A stretch of DNA of 64,000 nucleotides from Salpingoeca rosetta (lineage: Eukaryota; Protista; Choanoflagellata): NCBI GenBank assembly GCA_033442325.1, contig JAWQFM010000028.1, positions 811,293-875,292 of the forward strand, written 5' to 3'. The notes under the pieces were generated by a model that did not search any database, had not been told where the DNA came from, and was given only the letters and a program-made list of their open reading frames with translations. The position numbers were made by a program, and so were the translations under genes. Of the stretch, positions 1-16,600 are shown piece after piece (the stretch's first letter is position 1; each line of letters starts with the position of its first letter).

Positions 1-70
<70 letters not shown>
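1..70. repeat. (AC)n microsatellite, representative of dozens of similar tracts in nearly every intron
   Basis: Directly visible. Confidence 0.98.
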
Positions 71-72
<2 letters not shown>

Positions 73-81
73 CAGGGCGCA

Positions 82-921
82 CTAACGCGGCTTTAGGGTG
101 ACGATATACACCCAGGAGGCAAAGACATTGCATGGATAAGGAACAGTCCTGACGGCAAGTGCAAGTTGTTGCACAGCGTCGTCAAAGTCCCAGACACCAG
201 ACAGCTTGACTCTCTGAACCAGCTGAGTGACAGGAACAAGCGGTGCCGTGAATGCAAACCCGCGCACGTCGTACGCATGCTGCACCTGCATCAGTGATGG
301 CAAGCTGTCTCCCAATACAGTCATGCTGTTGAACAACACGAGCTTCTCAGCAGCCGACAGCGACGTGCGAAGCGCTCGCGCCACATGCTGGTTCCACCTG
401 CAACATGAGGAAAGGAAGCATGCGAATACAACCAAGGTGTGAGCTGTCACGAATATGGAGCATGGGCAGAACCCCAAAAACAACCAAACAAACAGAACAA
501 ATCATCGAACGTACTACAAGCACCATGGGCAACACCAACGACTGGTTTGTGGAATCAGATGCACCTTGTAATTCGTCGCTTGCGCCAACCTTCCACCTCG
601 CGAACAAGCAGTTGCTCCAACGTCTCGTCAATCTGCCTGGCATGCTCAGCACTAGCACGCGGTAATAGCACCGCCTCTCTCTGTCATTTGCACACACAGA
701 GAAGCGTAAGCGCCGAGGGGCAAGTTCCATACATCTTCCATATTACGAGCACGGATGAAGAAACACTTGCACGAGTGAGTACCTTGGCAGTTGCGAGGTC
801 GATGCTGAAGTGGTGTTGACCAAAAATGGGCAGCCAGGCTGGCTTGGAGTCCAGATTGAACGTCATCCTCGCCGGATCATCAAACTCCTTCAATCACACA
901 CACACACACACAAACACAAAC

Positions 922-974
<53 letters not shown>

Positions 975-3900
975 GGGAAGACAGCATGCTGGTCAGGTAG
1001 CACAGTGTATGGCAGACAGCATGCTGGTCAGGTAGCACAGTGTATGGCAGACAGCATGACATTTCATCACCACAAATGGGCGCAGGACAGAGCCCCACCG
1101 CACCTGTTGATTGAGCCAAATGTTGGATTGATTGAAAACAGTGCCAATGCAGGACAGTGGCACGGCTGTATCTGTGCATGCGTAGGGCTGTCCGCTCGAA
1201 GGGCTCCACAACAACAGCGTGCCACTCCCGCTCGTCAATGACTGTTGTCGACTGCTGGCCTCGTCGTCGCTGCCACTGTCATCGCTGTCCCTGCTGTTTC
1301 CAGCTGACCGCATACCAACCGGCAGCTGCGCGAGGACAAACGCTGTCGGACCATCGGGGACGGAGACACCGAGCACAACCCATGCCGCAAGTCGCTCATC
1401 AAGGCCCAGCAGCAGGTTTGCCAGAAGAACAGCACGCTCGTGTGCATTGCATGCCCCGAGCTGCAGCGTCTGCTCACATGTGGCCCACATGTCCTGGCCC
1501 GTGCCGGCGAGATGGGTGGCCACGTCCGCTTGTGGCAAAAGTGACACAAACCGTGCACGAGCTGTCATCCTTGCAAGCAGGTCGTCACGGGGGATGTCAG
1601 GCAGCACGTCCTCGCCAAGGGGTTGTGGATGCACGAAGCGGTTCAAGAAGACCTGCCACACGATAATATGCAACAAGCAAATCAGCAACAAGCAACGAAA
1701 GTGCAAGGGCGAACGCATATGAAGGTGACATGAATACAAGGACATGAGGCGGGGATGTGTGTGTACCTGTGCGTGTGCGTGTGTGCGTGTGTGTGCGTGT
1801 GTGTTTGTGGGGCAAGTTCCTTCGAAAACGTGTGGCGCCAATCAATACCTTGTAACCTGTGAGCGTGTTCGCGCAGGCATGGAATCGGCGGCCTGCGTGC
1901 TTGGACTGGAACGAGGCGACGAGGTTGGATGCAAAGGTGATGTGAGCAGCATCTTCGTGCGAAAATGCGCGAGCTGGCGGGGGGTTTGGCACCCGTACGG
2001 GCGGGTTGAGGGCCAAAAACACGGAACAGCGACATGGGGGTTGCGTGTTCTTGAGACGGTCGAGTCGCGTTGAAACTGGGGCAGGGTGGATGTCAATCTC
2101 GCGCTCCTCGTCATCTATGCTGAAGAACCGCACATCAGCCCCAGGCCCTGCGAAAACCACATCAGCCACAACGCAGAAGTGCAAGCACGACAAGATACAC
2201 GGCAGGCAGAGCATTCACAACAAGGTGAGAGGATTGAAGAGAGGGGGGGGGGATGGGCGGTGAAAACGTGCGATGAAGTTGGGCAACATCTGTGTGGGCA
2301 TGAGCCACACAACACAAGGGAAGAAGAGACGTGCACTTGTAGTGGCACGCACACATACACAGGAAACAAGCACACACACAAGGTAAAATACACACACACA
2401 CACACACACACAAGCACACAGGTAAACAACACACAGGTAAAAATACACGTACACACACAGACACACACAGACACAGACACACAGACACACAGACACAGAA
2501 ACACACACACACGCGCAACCAATAGACGGTGCGCGTGCACAAGGTACGGATGCACGCACCTGGAATATCGAAGCGGTGCAAGATAGTGGGCAGGCTGAAG
2601 GAAAACGTGCCCTGAATGCGTGACTGGGCCAGCAGTGTTGCCATTGGCAAGGAAAACACGGCGACCAGCACTCGTGATGTGGGTGTGTTGCTGTCACTTG
2701 CAACGTGCTGAAATAGCGACATCATAAGATGGTCATCACTGTCTTCCGTGGGATGATCGCCACCCGCACCACCACTGGCAATGCCGCTGCCGCTGCCACC
2801 ACCACCACCACCATTGCCGTGTGGCCTACCGCCAGTGGCATGCACACCATGTACAGCCTTGCTTTGCCGTTTGGATCCTTGCGGTGGTGGGTGATATGCA
2901 AACTCCATCTCCTCGTTGAACGTCGGGTTTGGTCCGACGGCGATGCCGCTCGTCTGGTCCGTGCCTGTGTCAACAACAGCAGCAACACAATGCATGAACA
3001 TTCGTATTCGGCGGCATAAGTACAAGTGCCACTAAGGGTAGACCGAGAGGGAGAAGGCATCCATGCCAACACAAGGCTCAGACACAGACTCACACCCACC
3101 CAAACGCACACACGGACACGGACACGCCAACACACACACACACACACACATGTACATACACACATGTACATGCACGCATACACAAACACACACACACACA
3201 CACACACAAGGACGCATACACAAACACACACATACGTACACACACACACACACACATACATACATACATACATACATACATACATACATACATACATACA
3301 CACACATACACACCTTGCAAGGAGACTGTGATTGAGTAAGCAGCACCGTTGATGTTGGCACCGGATGGCCCATCGCCAGATGTCATGGTGGCCATGCGCG
3401 CAGACATGGTCGCCTGCCGCGCTCGCCGCCGCCGACCACCACCACCGCCAGCAGCACCACCACCACTTGTCCCCAAAACACCTCCGCCACCACCGCCACG
3501 ACCCGTGCCAGCACCACCAGCGTCCACAAACGCAGGTACGTTGTACATGCGCCCGAGCCTGACAAACACGACGAGCTTCGTGGGCTGAAGCCGTGCAGCC
3601 GCTCGCTGGGGAACGCGCTGCGGGCGGAGTGGGCGGCGCTGGGCGAAGAAGCGGAGGATGGCTGCGCCGAGTGACTTGAACGAGGGCAGGGCCTCCTCCG
3701 ACACCACGTCAGACAAGCGTGGCTTGTCCTTCGCCTGCTGTTGCCGCTGCTGGTGCAGGCGCGCAAGGTGGGCCAGCGTGGCGGCAAACTGCTCTTTGTT
3801 GAGGTGGACGAGGCTGTGTAGACGTGCAAGCAGCGGGTCCTCCACAGCAGGAATGGTTGGAACAAGCGACGCGCTCTCATTCAGCGGGCCCGACGTGTCC

Positions 3901-5824
3901 AGCGCCTGGGCGTGGTCACCACCCCCAAACGCGGTCACACCGTCAACAGCGCTTCGCCGCGGTGCGTGGCTGCCAAGCAGATCCAGCGTGTCTGCACGCG
4001 ATTGGTGCAGGCGAAAGTGCCTGGCGGCAAGCTGGCGTTGCCGCAGCTGCGCCTCCAGCATGGATTGGAGCGCGACGCCACCACCGCCCACGTCACCGGC
4101 GGCGGTTGGCTGGCGGGGGTCGTTTGGGTCTGTAATGCCTGCAGGCACGCCTGCTGTCGGTGACGGCCGCTGCCTCGCCCCTTGCGCCGCTGCACCCGCA
4201 CGCGCGCTGCCGTCACCACCGCCACCGGCACCAGTGTTGTTGCCGCCGCTGCCGCCGCTGGGTACGCTGAGCGTGTAGTGGACGGTTGCGCTGCAGAACG
4301 TGGGGTCGTGCATGTGTCCCTCGACGACGACGCCGGGGCGGGACAGGTGGTGGCTCTCCACCTCTGCCGGCTGCGCACGCGATGCGTCCAGCAGCGGCCG
4401 CGCCCCAATGTGGGTGGCAGGGACGTACACGCCACCAAGGTACACGGGGCGGGTGGTGGCAGCCGCAGAGAGGTGGATGGCGATGGCAACAACGGGCGTG
4501 CGGCGGGAGAGGACTTGCAGGGACAGCGTACGGCTGAGCGTAGCAGTCATGGTGGACCCGTCAATGTTGGAGATGGGGACCTGGTCAACCTTCTTGTCGA
4601 CGCAATACACCGTCACCTACAATACCAATGCAGGAGATGATGCGTTGATTAGGCTGACGACAGAGAGTGTGTGCGTTTTGGGGGGGGGGGAAGCAGAATA
4701 GGGATGTGCGAGGGTGAAACAGGGGAGCAAAACTTCCAAAGGCGAGGGCGGTGATTGCAGCTCACACAACGCCAAGCGCCAGCCTGCACCTCCTACTCCT
4801 ATCACTCACTGGCCCACAGACAGACAGACACAGACACACACACACACACAAACACAAACAGGAAAACAGCCCTGAAAAGGACGTACGTGTCCCTTGAGGC
4901 TGGTGGCAGCTGCGCGCCTGTTGACTTCGTATTGAGGGCATTCATCGTCGTCAGCGATACGCGCTGTAAAGCGCAGCACGGGGATGAGCGTGTCCTGTCC
5001 CGGTGGCGCCCAACTGCGCGCCATTCGCTCGCTGATCCGGTCCGCCTCTCCGCCCGCCCACTCCCGCGCAGCAGCAACTGCGCTCGCATTCGATGCCTGT
5101 TCTCTATTTTGGACACGGCCACCGCGGTCATCATCGTCCACGCCCTGTTCATCTCGATCATTGCCTCCGGGTTCGCCAGCAGGTCGCTCGCCCCTGCTGC
5201 CCGCGCCCTGGCTGGTTTTGCTGGCGCCCGAGCGCTGTTGTGCACCGAAAAGGCACAGCAGGCGGCGTTGGTGTTGCGCATTCGTGAGCTGACACACACA
5301 GAGCAGCACCAGAGTGGCTGTCATACTCCTCACCATGGGCCAACAACGCAGGCCAACGTTCACACAGGCACACACACCCACACGCACACACAGAGAGACA
5401 AGCCGCAGAGAGACAGAGAGACAGAGACAGACAGACAGAAAGACACCCGCACACCCCCGCACACCCCCGCACACACACACACACACACGCACACCCACAT
5501 CCCCCACCTTGTCGAGGGTGTTGAGGATATGCAGGGCGGTGGCGTGGAAGACGGCGCGACGGTGGCACTGCAGGCGAAGGCGCTCGTCCTCCTGCTCGCT
5601 GTTGGGCACGCGGTCAAACTTGAGGTCCACCTTGGTCCCCGTGAACCCTTGCGACACACGAAGCGCTTTGATGTCGCGCCAGAGCGAAATCATGTTCTGC
5701 AGGATGCGTCCAACTTCGCGCAGGACAAAGTCGCGCTCCGTCTCCAGTGCAATCACGTCCTGCAATGACGTGCGTACCCTGAACACACGCGCAAAGGAGG
5801 CGGTGGCGGTGGCGGTGGTGCGTG

Positions 5825-5899
<75 letters not shown>

Positions 5900-7149
5900 G
5901 CGGGAGTGCATTTGAGTGCAGAGGGAGAGCACATGCAGACATGTGTGTCTCTGGCGTCGACGATGCTGCCACAAAAGATACGCGAGAGAGAGACACGTAC
6001 ACACACACACACAGACACACAGACAGACACACAGACATACACACACACACACATAGCGGCGAAGCGAACCTTGCTGCCTGGTCTTTGGGTAACGCAGATA
6101 ATGCTGTGTGCAGAGCAGACACATCACCGAGCACATCCACATCGGCCGGATCACGCGTATATGCAAAGGCATTGGCGACGTTTGTGGAGAGCACAGAGAG
6201 CTTCTCGTGCATGAGGGGAATGCGAGCGGGAGCATTGAGGGCCTCGAAGCGCTGCTGTAGCGCAATGAGCTGAGACGCAAGCACCTGCCGTTGGCGTGAA
6301 GGGGGGGGGGGAGGAGGAATGGGATGATGAGATGGTGATTACGAGTGTTGCGGAGGGGCGGGTGTGTGTGTGNNNNNNNNNNNNNNNNNNNNNNNNNNNN
6401 NNNNNNNNNNNNNNNNNNNNNNNNNNNNNNNNNNNNNNNNNNNNNNNNNNNNNNNNNNNNNNNNNNNNNNNNAGCGGGGTGGAAGCCGGATATCAATGGG
6501 CGTGGAGTGGAGGTGTGACCGTTTAGTATTGTGCAGCGGCGTGTGTGTATTTGCCCGCCCCCCAGTGGTGATGCGAGCCACGTGCGCCACTTCACAGCCC
6601 GCTGGCACAGCCGTCGCATCCCCGCCTTCTTCTGTGGAAGGCAGAGGGTGTCCCAACGCACTCTGCCGCGTGCAAGGCGAAGGGGAGGGGGTGAGCAAAT
6701 GCATGCAGTATGATTTACACTGGCATACACATGCACACAAAATGCGCGCACACAACATGCATACACATGTGCATGCACATGTACACACACACACATGCAT
6801 GCATGCACACACAGAGGGAATACGCACAACAGCGTCTTCGTCATTGTGGGCGTGAGCGTTCTCGACGCGAACGCGAGCGAGGGTGGAATCAAATGGGCTG
6901 TGCAGCAGCATGTTGTACAGGTGTGAGGCGAGCGGGGATGATAGCGAATCGGCAAACGCAATCCAGCCGTCGCCTCGCTTCGCCTACAGCAGCGAACAAA
7001 GGCAAAGACAGGGAGAGAGAGACAGAGAGAGGGGAGAAAGAGGTGGGGAGGGGATGGCATGACAATGAGGTGCGTGGTGTGTGTGAAGACCAGAAAAACG
7101 CACAGGCACACACCACACACATACACATACACACACCCAACACACCGGT

Positions 7150-7245
<96 letters not shown>

Positions 7246-7935
7246 ACGCACCGAAGCGAGTCGTGCAACGGCGTTGTGTAAGACAGTGCGAGGAACGAGA
7301 GCTGGCCCTGGTGTGTACAACTGCGAGAATAACGGAAACAGGTCCACATCACCACCAGTGTCTGTGTGCTTTGCGCGACCCGGCTGCTCGATACTTCATC
7401 CCACCGCTCTCGAACCCGCCGCAGCAGCGAGTGCACGGACGGGGCCACGGCACTGCCGCCACCACCACCACCTTCCTTGCACTCTTCTTCGCTGTGGAGC
7501 AGCTCTTCCTCTCCTTTCTCGTTTCTGTCGTCCCGATCTCCGTCATGTCGTTTTCTGGCAGCTCTTTTACAGGCTCAAGCGGGTTGTTTGGGGGCACAAA
7601 AAGTGGGGCGACCGATCTGCCTCATCGCCCCCCAAACAATGGGGAATTCCATACCAGTAAGAACTTGTGTACGTTGGTTTTTAGAAGGGCAATGTTGGTG
7701 TCTTTATCGTCTCCCCTGTGCCCTAAGTTTTTCGGTCTGTTATTGCATTCTCTTTATTCAACAGCGTACGTTGTGAGTGTGGTAGCCGTTTAGGTGATGC
7801 CCCCCTCTCCTTAGCCTCATTGAAAAGATGTTGCTNNNNNNNNNNNNNNNNNNNNNNNNNNNNNNNNNNNNNNNNNNNNNNNNNNNNNNNNNNNNNNNNN
7901 NNNNNNNNNNNNNNNNNNNNNNNNNNNNNNNNNNN

Positions 7936-7994
<59 letters not shown>

Positions 7995-8868
7995 GAAAGG
8001 TGGTGAAACAGAGCGACGTTTGAAACAAAGGAGCAAGAAGTGAGGCGACACGGGCGCAAAGATAGAGATCCACACAGAGATTCAGATAGACTGACAGGCA
8101 CAGGCGCAGACACACAGACACACACAGACACACACAGACACACACACAGACACAGACACACACACACACACAGACACGGCGCTTACTTGTTCGTCGGAGG
8201 AGAGCGGGTGGAAGCGGATATCAATGGCGTGGAGGTGGAGGGTGAGCGTGTCGTATTGTGCAGCGGCGTGTGTGTATTTGCCGCCCTGCAGTGGTGATGC
8301 GAGCACGTGCGCCACCTCCAGCCCGCTGGCCAGCCGTCGCATCCCCGCCGCCTCTGCCGAGGCCGCAGAGGTGTCCAACGCACTCTGCCGCGTGCAAGGC
8401 GAAGGGAGGGGGTGAGCAAATGCATGCAGTATGATTTACACTGGCATACACATGCACACAAATGCGCGCACACACATGCATACACATGTGCATGCACATG
8501 TACACACACACACATGCATGCATGCACACACAGAGGGAATACGCACAACAGCGTCCTCGTCATTGTGGGCGTGAGCGTTCTCGACGCGAACGCGAGCGAG
8601 GGTGGAATCAAATGGGCTGTGCAGCAGCATGTTGTACAGGTCTGAGGCGAGCGGGGATGATAGCGAATCGGCAAACGCAATCCAGCCGTCGCCTCGCTTC
8701 GCCTACAGCAGCGAACAAAGGCAAAGACAGGGAGAGAGAGACAGAGAGAGGGGAGAAAGAGGTGGGGAGGGGATGGCATGACAATGAGGTGCGTGGTGTG
8801 TGTGAAGACCAGAAAAACGCACAGGCACACACCACACACATACACATACACACACCCAACACACCGGT

Positions 8869-8964
<96 letters not shown>

Positions 8965-10374
8965 ACGCACCGAAGCGAGTCGTGCAACGGCGTGTTGTAA
9001 GACAGCGCGAGGAACGAGAGCTGGCCCTGGTGTGTACAACTGCGAGAATAGCGGAAACAGGTCCACACCACCACCAGTGTCTGTGTGCCTTGCGCGACCA
9101 CGGCTGCTCGCTACTTCATCCCACCGCTCTCGAACCCGCCGCAGCAGCGAGTGCACGGACGGGGCCACGGCACTGCCGCCACCACCACCACCTTCCTCGC
9201 CCTCTTCATCGCTGTGGAGCAGCTCTTCCTCTCCTTCCTCGGCTCTGTCGTCCCGATCGCCGTCATGCCGTCTGCGCCGCAGCGCTTTCGCAGGCGCCAG
9301 GCGGGTGCTTGCAGGCACAAAAGTCGTGGCGACCGCATCTGCCTCATCGCCCCACAGACCAATGTGCGCATCCAATCCAGCCAGAAACTCGTGCACGGTT
9401 GGCTTCGAGGATGGTCCAGCGTTGTCACCATCACCGCCTCCGCTGTCGCCCTGATGTTCTTCGTCCTGGTCTTCGCCTTCGTCTTCCTCCAACAGCGTAT
9501 CTGCGTCGGTGTCGCGACCTCTTCGCTGCTGCCTCCCTCTCCTGTGCCTGCTGGAAAATGATGTTTCCTCCACGCCATCAGCAGCAGCCACAGGCGAGAT
9601 GAACGACTCAGTGCTTGCCAGCGCGCGCTGCGACAGAGGCTTCGCCTGCTGCTGCGTGCTGCTCCCTTGCGCCTGTGCTGAGCGGGAAGCCAGGGTCCGC
9701 CACCCACTGCCGCCGCGAGTCCTCCTTCGTCGCGGCCGGGAGTCCCCGATGGAGAACGAGTGCATGGCCGCGGCTGTGGGTGCCTTGATACCGCCGCTGC
9801 TGCCGCGGCCGCCAGCCACGGGCCGCAGTTGAGGTGTAGTGCTGTGCCCGAGTGAAGAGCTGGCGGCACTGCGTGGGTTGCCAAACACGCTGCCAGTGCT
9901 GCTGCTTGCTGAGCTTGTGCTGAGCTGGCTGCGCATGCGTCGTCGCTGCATCCGTGATGGAACGGCGCTGGCCGTTGCTGCGCCACTCGCCTGTGCGCCC
10001 TGCCTCCTCAGGCCCGTTTGCGTGTCTCTGCCGGCGGAAGCGGCGGTGAGATCGCTTCCCGACGCCTCGCTCCCAAACAAGCTGCCATTACCACCTCTGT
10101 CCCTCATCCTGGCAGCGCGCCGCCGCCTCGATGCCCTTGTACCTTCCGCTCTCCCCGGTGACGTGCGCCGTGCACCATCGTCGTTGTGGTCGTCGTCGCC
10201 ATCATCGTTGCCATCATCATCATCATCATCATCTTCGAGGTCAGTCGTCGTGGTGTGCGGGCGAGTCCGCCGTGGCCTCGTCGCCTGGAGTTGCTCGACG
10301 GCGGCATTGTGTCGTTCAGTCAGCGTCGCTTGAAGGGATGCCACCTCCCCTTCCTGCTGCTGCGGCTGCTGCAT
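82..10374 (-). CDS. CC2D2A: CC2D2A/MKS6 ciliary transition-zone protein (multi-exon; outer bounds given)
   Basis: Spliced exons give DTLTLHLHAIDIRFHPLSSDEQ|VLASQLIALQQRF (cf. CC2D2A HP..S.EHVLA.KL) and ILQNMISLWRDIKALRVSQGFTGT. They also give a C2 domain near 4300-4620, RRPLRPQR, the transglutaminase-like block ARFVSLLP..DMWATCEQTLQLGACNAHERAVLLANLLLG..AWVVLGVSVPDGPTAFVL, and the C-terminus LALAVRTVPYPCNVFASWVYIVTLKPR* (stop at 82-84). The start at ATG 10374 (MQQPQQQ) is inferred. Confidence 0.9.
981..1058. repeat. 35-bp tandem duplication in a CC2D2A intron
   Basis: acagcatgctggtcaggtagcacagtgtatggcag occurs twice (981-1015, 1016-1050), followed by a partial third copy. Confidence 0.9.
6473..7835. 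other. Degenerate duplicate of ~8203-9500, bounded by N gaps (probable assembly artefact)
   Basis: Near-identical to 8203-9450 in the middle, with indels and substitutions piling up toward both ends. Flanked by gaps 6373-6472 and 7836-7935. Confidence 0.85.
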
Positions 10375-10539
10375 CCGAGTCGTGCGTTCGATGCCTTGAC
10401 GCACACACCACACGCCCACGTTGTCTGTTTGTTGGCTGTTGTGTGGCGTCGTTGTTGTCGGGCTGCTGGGAAAATTTGGTCCTCATTTGCTTCGGTGTTG
10501 GGTGGCTGTCTCGCTGTGTTGGGTTTGACTCGGTGACAG

Positions 10540-12483
<1,944 letters not shown>

Positions 12484-12740
12484 TTGAAGTGTAGCTCGGT
12501 GAGGGTGGCGTGGGGTGATGCGTGGCCTTGCATTGTTAGAGTCATTTAATGCAGCGATATTCAAAACAAGCAGGTTTCGTACACACATCACACAACAAGT
12601 AAATGTACAAGCAAGCAAGCAAGCGAGCGAGCACGAAGCTCGCGCGTGTTGTCAGGCAGAGCGCAAGAATGTTTGCATGGACACAAACACAGCTGAAGGA
12701 ATGGAATCAACCAACCAAACACACAAAATGACAGTGGCCT

Positions 12741-12927
12741 TCACATGGGGATGTGCTTTGATTTGAAGATTGCCTCGAGGCGCCGCACCTCCTGTCATGG
12801 CACAACAATGACAACACAGAGGAATTGGTGAGAGGCAACAACAACAACGCGCGCGCACACACACACACACACACAGAGGCACAGACACACAGACACAGAC
12901 ACACACACACACAGACGCACAGACACG

Positions 12928-12989
<62 letters not shown>

Positions 12990-13639
12990 GACGACACAGG
13001 CACCCACACACATGCAACCTTCTACAGTGTCGTGCACGCACCTCTGGCGACAGGTCTGGGTACGATGGCGGCGACTGGCGAGTGGCCGGCTGTGGTGCTC
13101 GTGGCGACGGCGATGGCATGGACGAGTCGCTTGACACTGTTGATGCGGATGACGACGATGAGACGTTGAGCCCTTCCCTTCGCGGTGCACGCGCCCGATG
13201 TGGTGGCGTGCTTGGCGTGGTTGCTGTCACCCTTGCCTTCGCGGGAACCGCAGCCACTCGGGCGGTGTCTTGTTGTTGGTCGCGTCTTTCCCCACGAAGT
13301 CGACGCGATAGCGGCGTGGAGCCAACGAGAGACGCCAAGCCAGCGTCGTCATCACCATCGTCGGCAACCCGCAACGGCGTGGCGGAGGATGTGGTGGCGT
13401 ACATGTCCCTGTATTCATATGTCCGTCTCCTCGTAGCCGGTGATGCAGACGCGTGGACTTGTACACCGTCTGCGGCTTGGTGGGCACCACTTCGAGCACC
13501 ACCACCATCATCATCATCATCATCATCATGAGTTGTGGTGTGAGCGCCTTGTTTGTGCTCGTTTCGTGGACGCGGGGACGCCGGCTCAGATGGCAGCGAA
13601 AGCGCATCGCTGTCAAAGAATTCAAACCCACCACTACGA

Positions 13640-13699
<60 letters not shown>

Positions 13700-16600
13700 G
13701 AGGTGTCTTCAGAGGCAAACAAGACTGCATCCACCATCTCTGCTGTCTCGTGTTCGCTCGTTTGGCGTCTTTCGTGTGCGGCAATCACAAACGTCCTGTT
13801 GGTCGCTGTTCCCGCCATCACGTCGCTATCAGCGTCGTTGCCACGGTCACCACCACCAATACGACCACGGCCGCTGCCATCGTCATCATCAGGGCCGCAG
13901 CTGTGAGCGGTTTCCTTCTCAGCGCCAACGGCTGCGGTCATGGTCTGTCCGGCGTTGAGGCGCTGCAGCAGTGATCGCGCGCGCGACAACACTCGATCCG
14001 CACCAAACGCAACATCAAGGTCATCCTCGTCATCAACAGCAGCAACAGCAGCGCGATCGTGTCCTGCGCCCATGCCTCGTGTCGCGTGCGCCGACGACGT
14101 TGTGTGGGCGGATTGAGAAGTCAAGGGGTCATCTGCACGACCTTGGCGGCGCTGGGTGCCATCGTGTTCATCTTCATCACTATCACCATCATCACCACCT
14201 TCACATGTGCCGTCCTTGCCCCTCGCGCCATGTCGACCTTCATCGATGATGTGCACGCGTCGAGCTGACCGCCACTGCCGCTCCTCGTGTGCACCCCTGT
14301 CCTCCTCGTGTTCCGTCCACTCGTGTTCGTGCCCACCACGTCCACCACGCCCAACGCTCCAACTAGCGCCAACATCACCGTCATCATCATCCCCACCATC
14401 GCGATGCAGTGGCGACCCAGGCCGCACATCGCCTCGGTCCTCTCGGTGGAGAAGGCGGCCGTGACCACCACCGCGTTCATGCCGGTGCTGCTGAGCTGCA
14501 TGTGCAATCCCCACCACAGTCTCCTCGCCATAAATCCGCCTGTCACCGTCACCCCCGCGCCAATCACCATCACCATCAGCTGCTTCCCCTTCCCCTTCCT
14601 GCTCATCTGCCGTGTGTTGCGTGATGAGGCGTGCATGCAGAGACTGGGCCAGAGCGTCAAGTGCATTCAGGTTCTCTGCCAACTTCGTGTGCAGAAACGA
14701 CCGCGACACATCAGGCGGTGGCGACGACACAGCCCCAAATCGTCCGCTCGTGCTTGCACTGCAAACCCTGGCGCCTGTCGTCGAAAGATTGGTCCAGTCT
14801 CCTGCTGCCGCTGATCTTGTAGCTGTTTCTTGTATTGCTGCTGCCGTTGCTGAATTCAACGTGGTCTTCGCTTGCGCGCGTGTCTCGTGAGCATCTTGGC
14901 GCTGTCGTGACGCTGCGGCCACTGCTACTGACGCCTTCTCGTTGTGCGGGCGCCGCCGTTGCAGTTGGTGCTGCGCTGGCAGTGCCTTCAGAGGCTCAAT
15001 GCGCACGTGAAGCTGGCCAACCTTCTCGCCGCTGGCGGTGGCGATGTGGTACCACCCGTCAATGCACGTGAGGCCATACAGCAGCGGCTCAAGCTCAACC
15101 TGTGCGCGCCCCAGCAGGCGGTCATCACCACCACCACCACCTGCGTTGCCATTTCCACCTCCTCTTCCTCTTCCTCCTCCACCACCCGCACTGCCATCGC
15201 CGTCGCTGTCACCATTGTTGAGCGGCAGCTTGCGAGCCCACACCTCAAACACGAGCGCTCCAGAGGTCATGGACGCGTTTGGGTGCGGGCGCGGCAGATA
15301 CACGCTCACGGTGCGGGTGTGATTCCACAGGGCCTCCTTCCCACCGGCAGCAGGCGAGACCTGCGTCGACACAATCTCATTGCTGGTGCGATATGACACA
15401 TACACGCCGCATTGCATGCCCTCGCGACGACCGTCACTGCCACCTGTCTCCTTAGCAGCAATGTTCATGTGAGCAACGCTCTCCACAGACACGAGCATGG
15501 GGTGTGTGCCAGAGTTGACGATGTGCTCCCTTGGGTGTCCAGGCGTCTGTCCATCACCAGTGTCACCGGTAGCAGCCTGGGATTGTTGATCGCAACCACC
15601 ACCACGTCCACCGTCGCCGCCACCACGAGCACCAAATCCCACGCGAGCGTTTGGCCCCGGCGGCCCCGACGGCAGCGACAGCAGCTGCTGCTCCGGCAGC
15701 ACATCCAGGATCACGTGCACGCGCATGCGGGCGTTGAGGAGGTTCGTGGCGTGTGGCTTGATGACGGGGCACAGCTGGCTCAGGGATGTTGTGCCGCGAA
15801 GCAAGGGCGCTGTTGTAATAAACGCCGACCCCAGCCACTCCTCTTCCTGCTCCTGTGCACGCGATTGGCCCTGTTCCGGACCATTGTTCTCTTCACCGCC
15901 ATCACGTGTTGTCATTGTTGTGGCTATCTTCCACAGCTGCACCTCCAGCTGCCGCTGCAATGCTGCGAGCGCCGTTGCCGTGAGCGGGAAGGTGAACACG
16001 CCGCGGTGTTGCAGGCTGACAATGGGCAGGCCGTGGCCACTCGTGTCCGCCATGCGCGCCTCTGTGCACTGCAACCGGCCATCAGGCAGCACATACCGGG
16101 CAACGTACCGCGTTCTGGTTGCTGCTGTTGCTGCTGCTGATTGTGATGGTGCGCTCTGTGCCTGCTGCTGATGGGTGTGGTGGTGGTGGCGGTGGGAACG
16201 GTACGCCGACGCTGGTTCCTGTGTCGTCGTCGTTGTTGTTGTTGTGGTGTTTGACGCATCGGAGGGAAGGTACACATCTTCCACAATCACCTGCACTTGG
16301 CACATGTGGCCAGCACCAGCCAGCCATGGGTGAGCAAACGCTGCCGCCACAGGCGTGCGTTCCTCATCCTCATCATCACAGCGACGCCGCCTCGCAGACT
16401 GCCCGCGCCCACCAGCACCAGAACCGACATCATGACCTTCTGCCACCACCTCCATCTCCACAGCACCGACAACGCGCCAAGACTGTGCGGTGGGCGGCAT
16501 TGACGATGTTGATGATGATCGTGGCAGCAGCGAGGAGGATGATGACGCATGCCGCTGCTTGTCATGATGGTGGTGGTGGAAGAGGCGACTGCTGTCCTTA

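Noticed and set aside
6473-7835. CC2D2A pseudogene or paralogue
   Set aside because: Errors concentrated at the contig ends and gaps on both sides fit an assembly artefact better.
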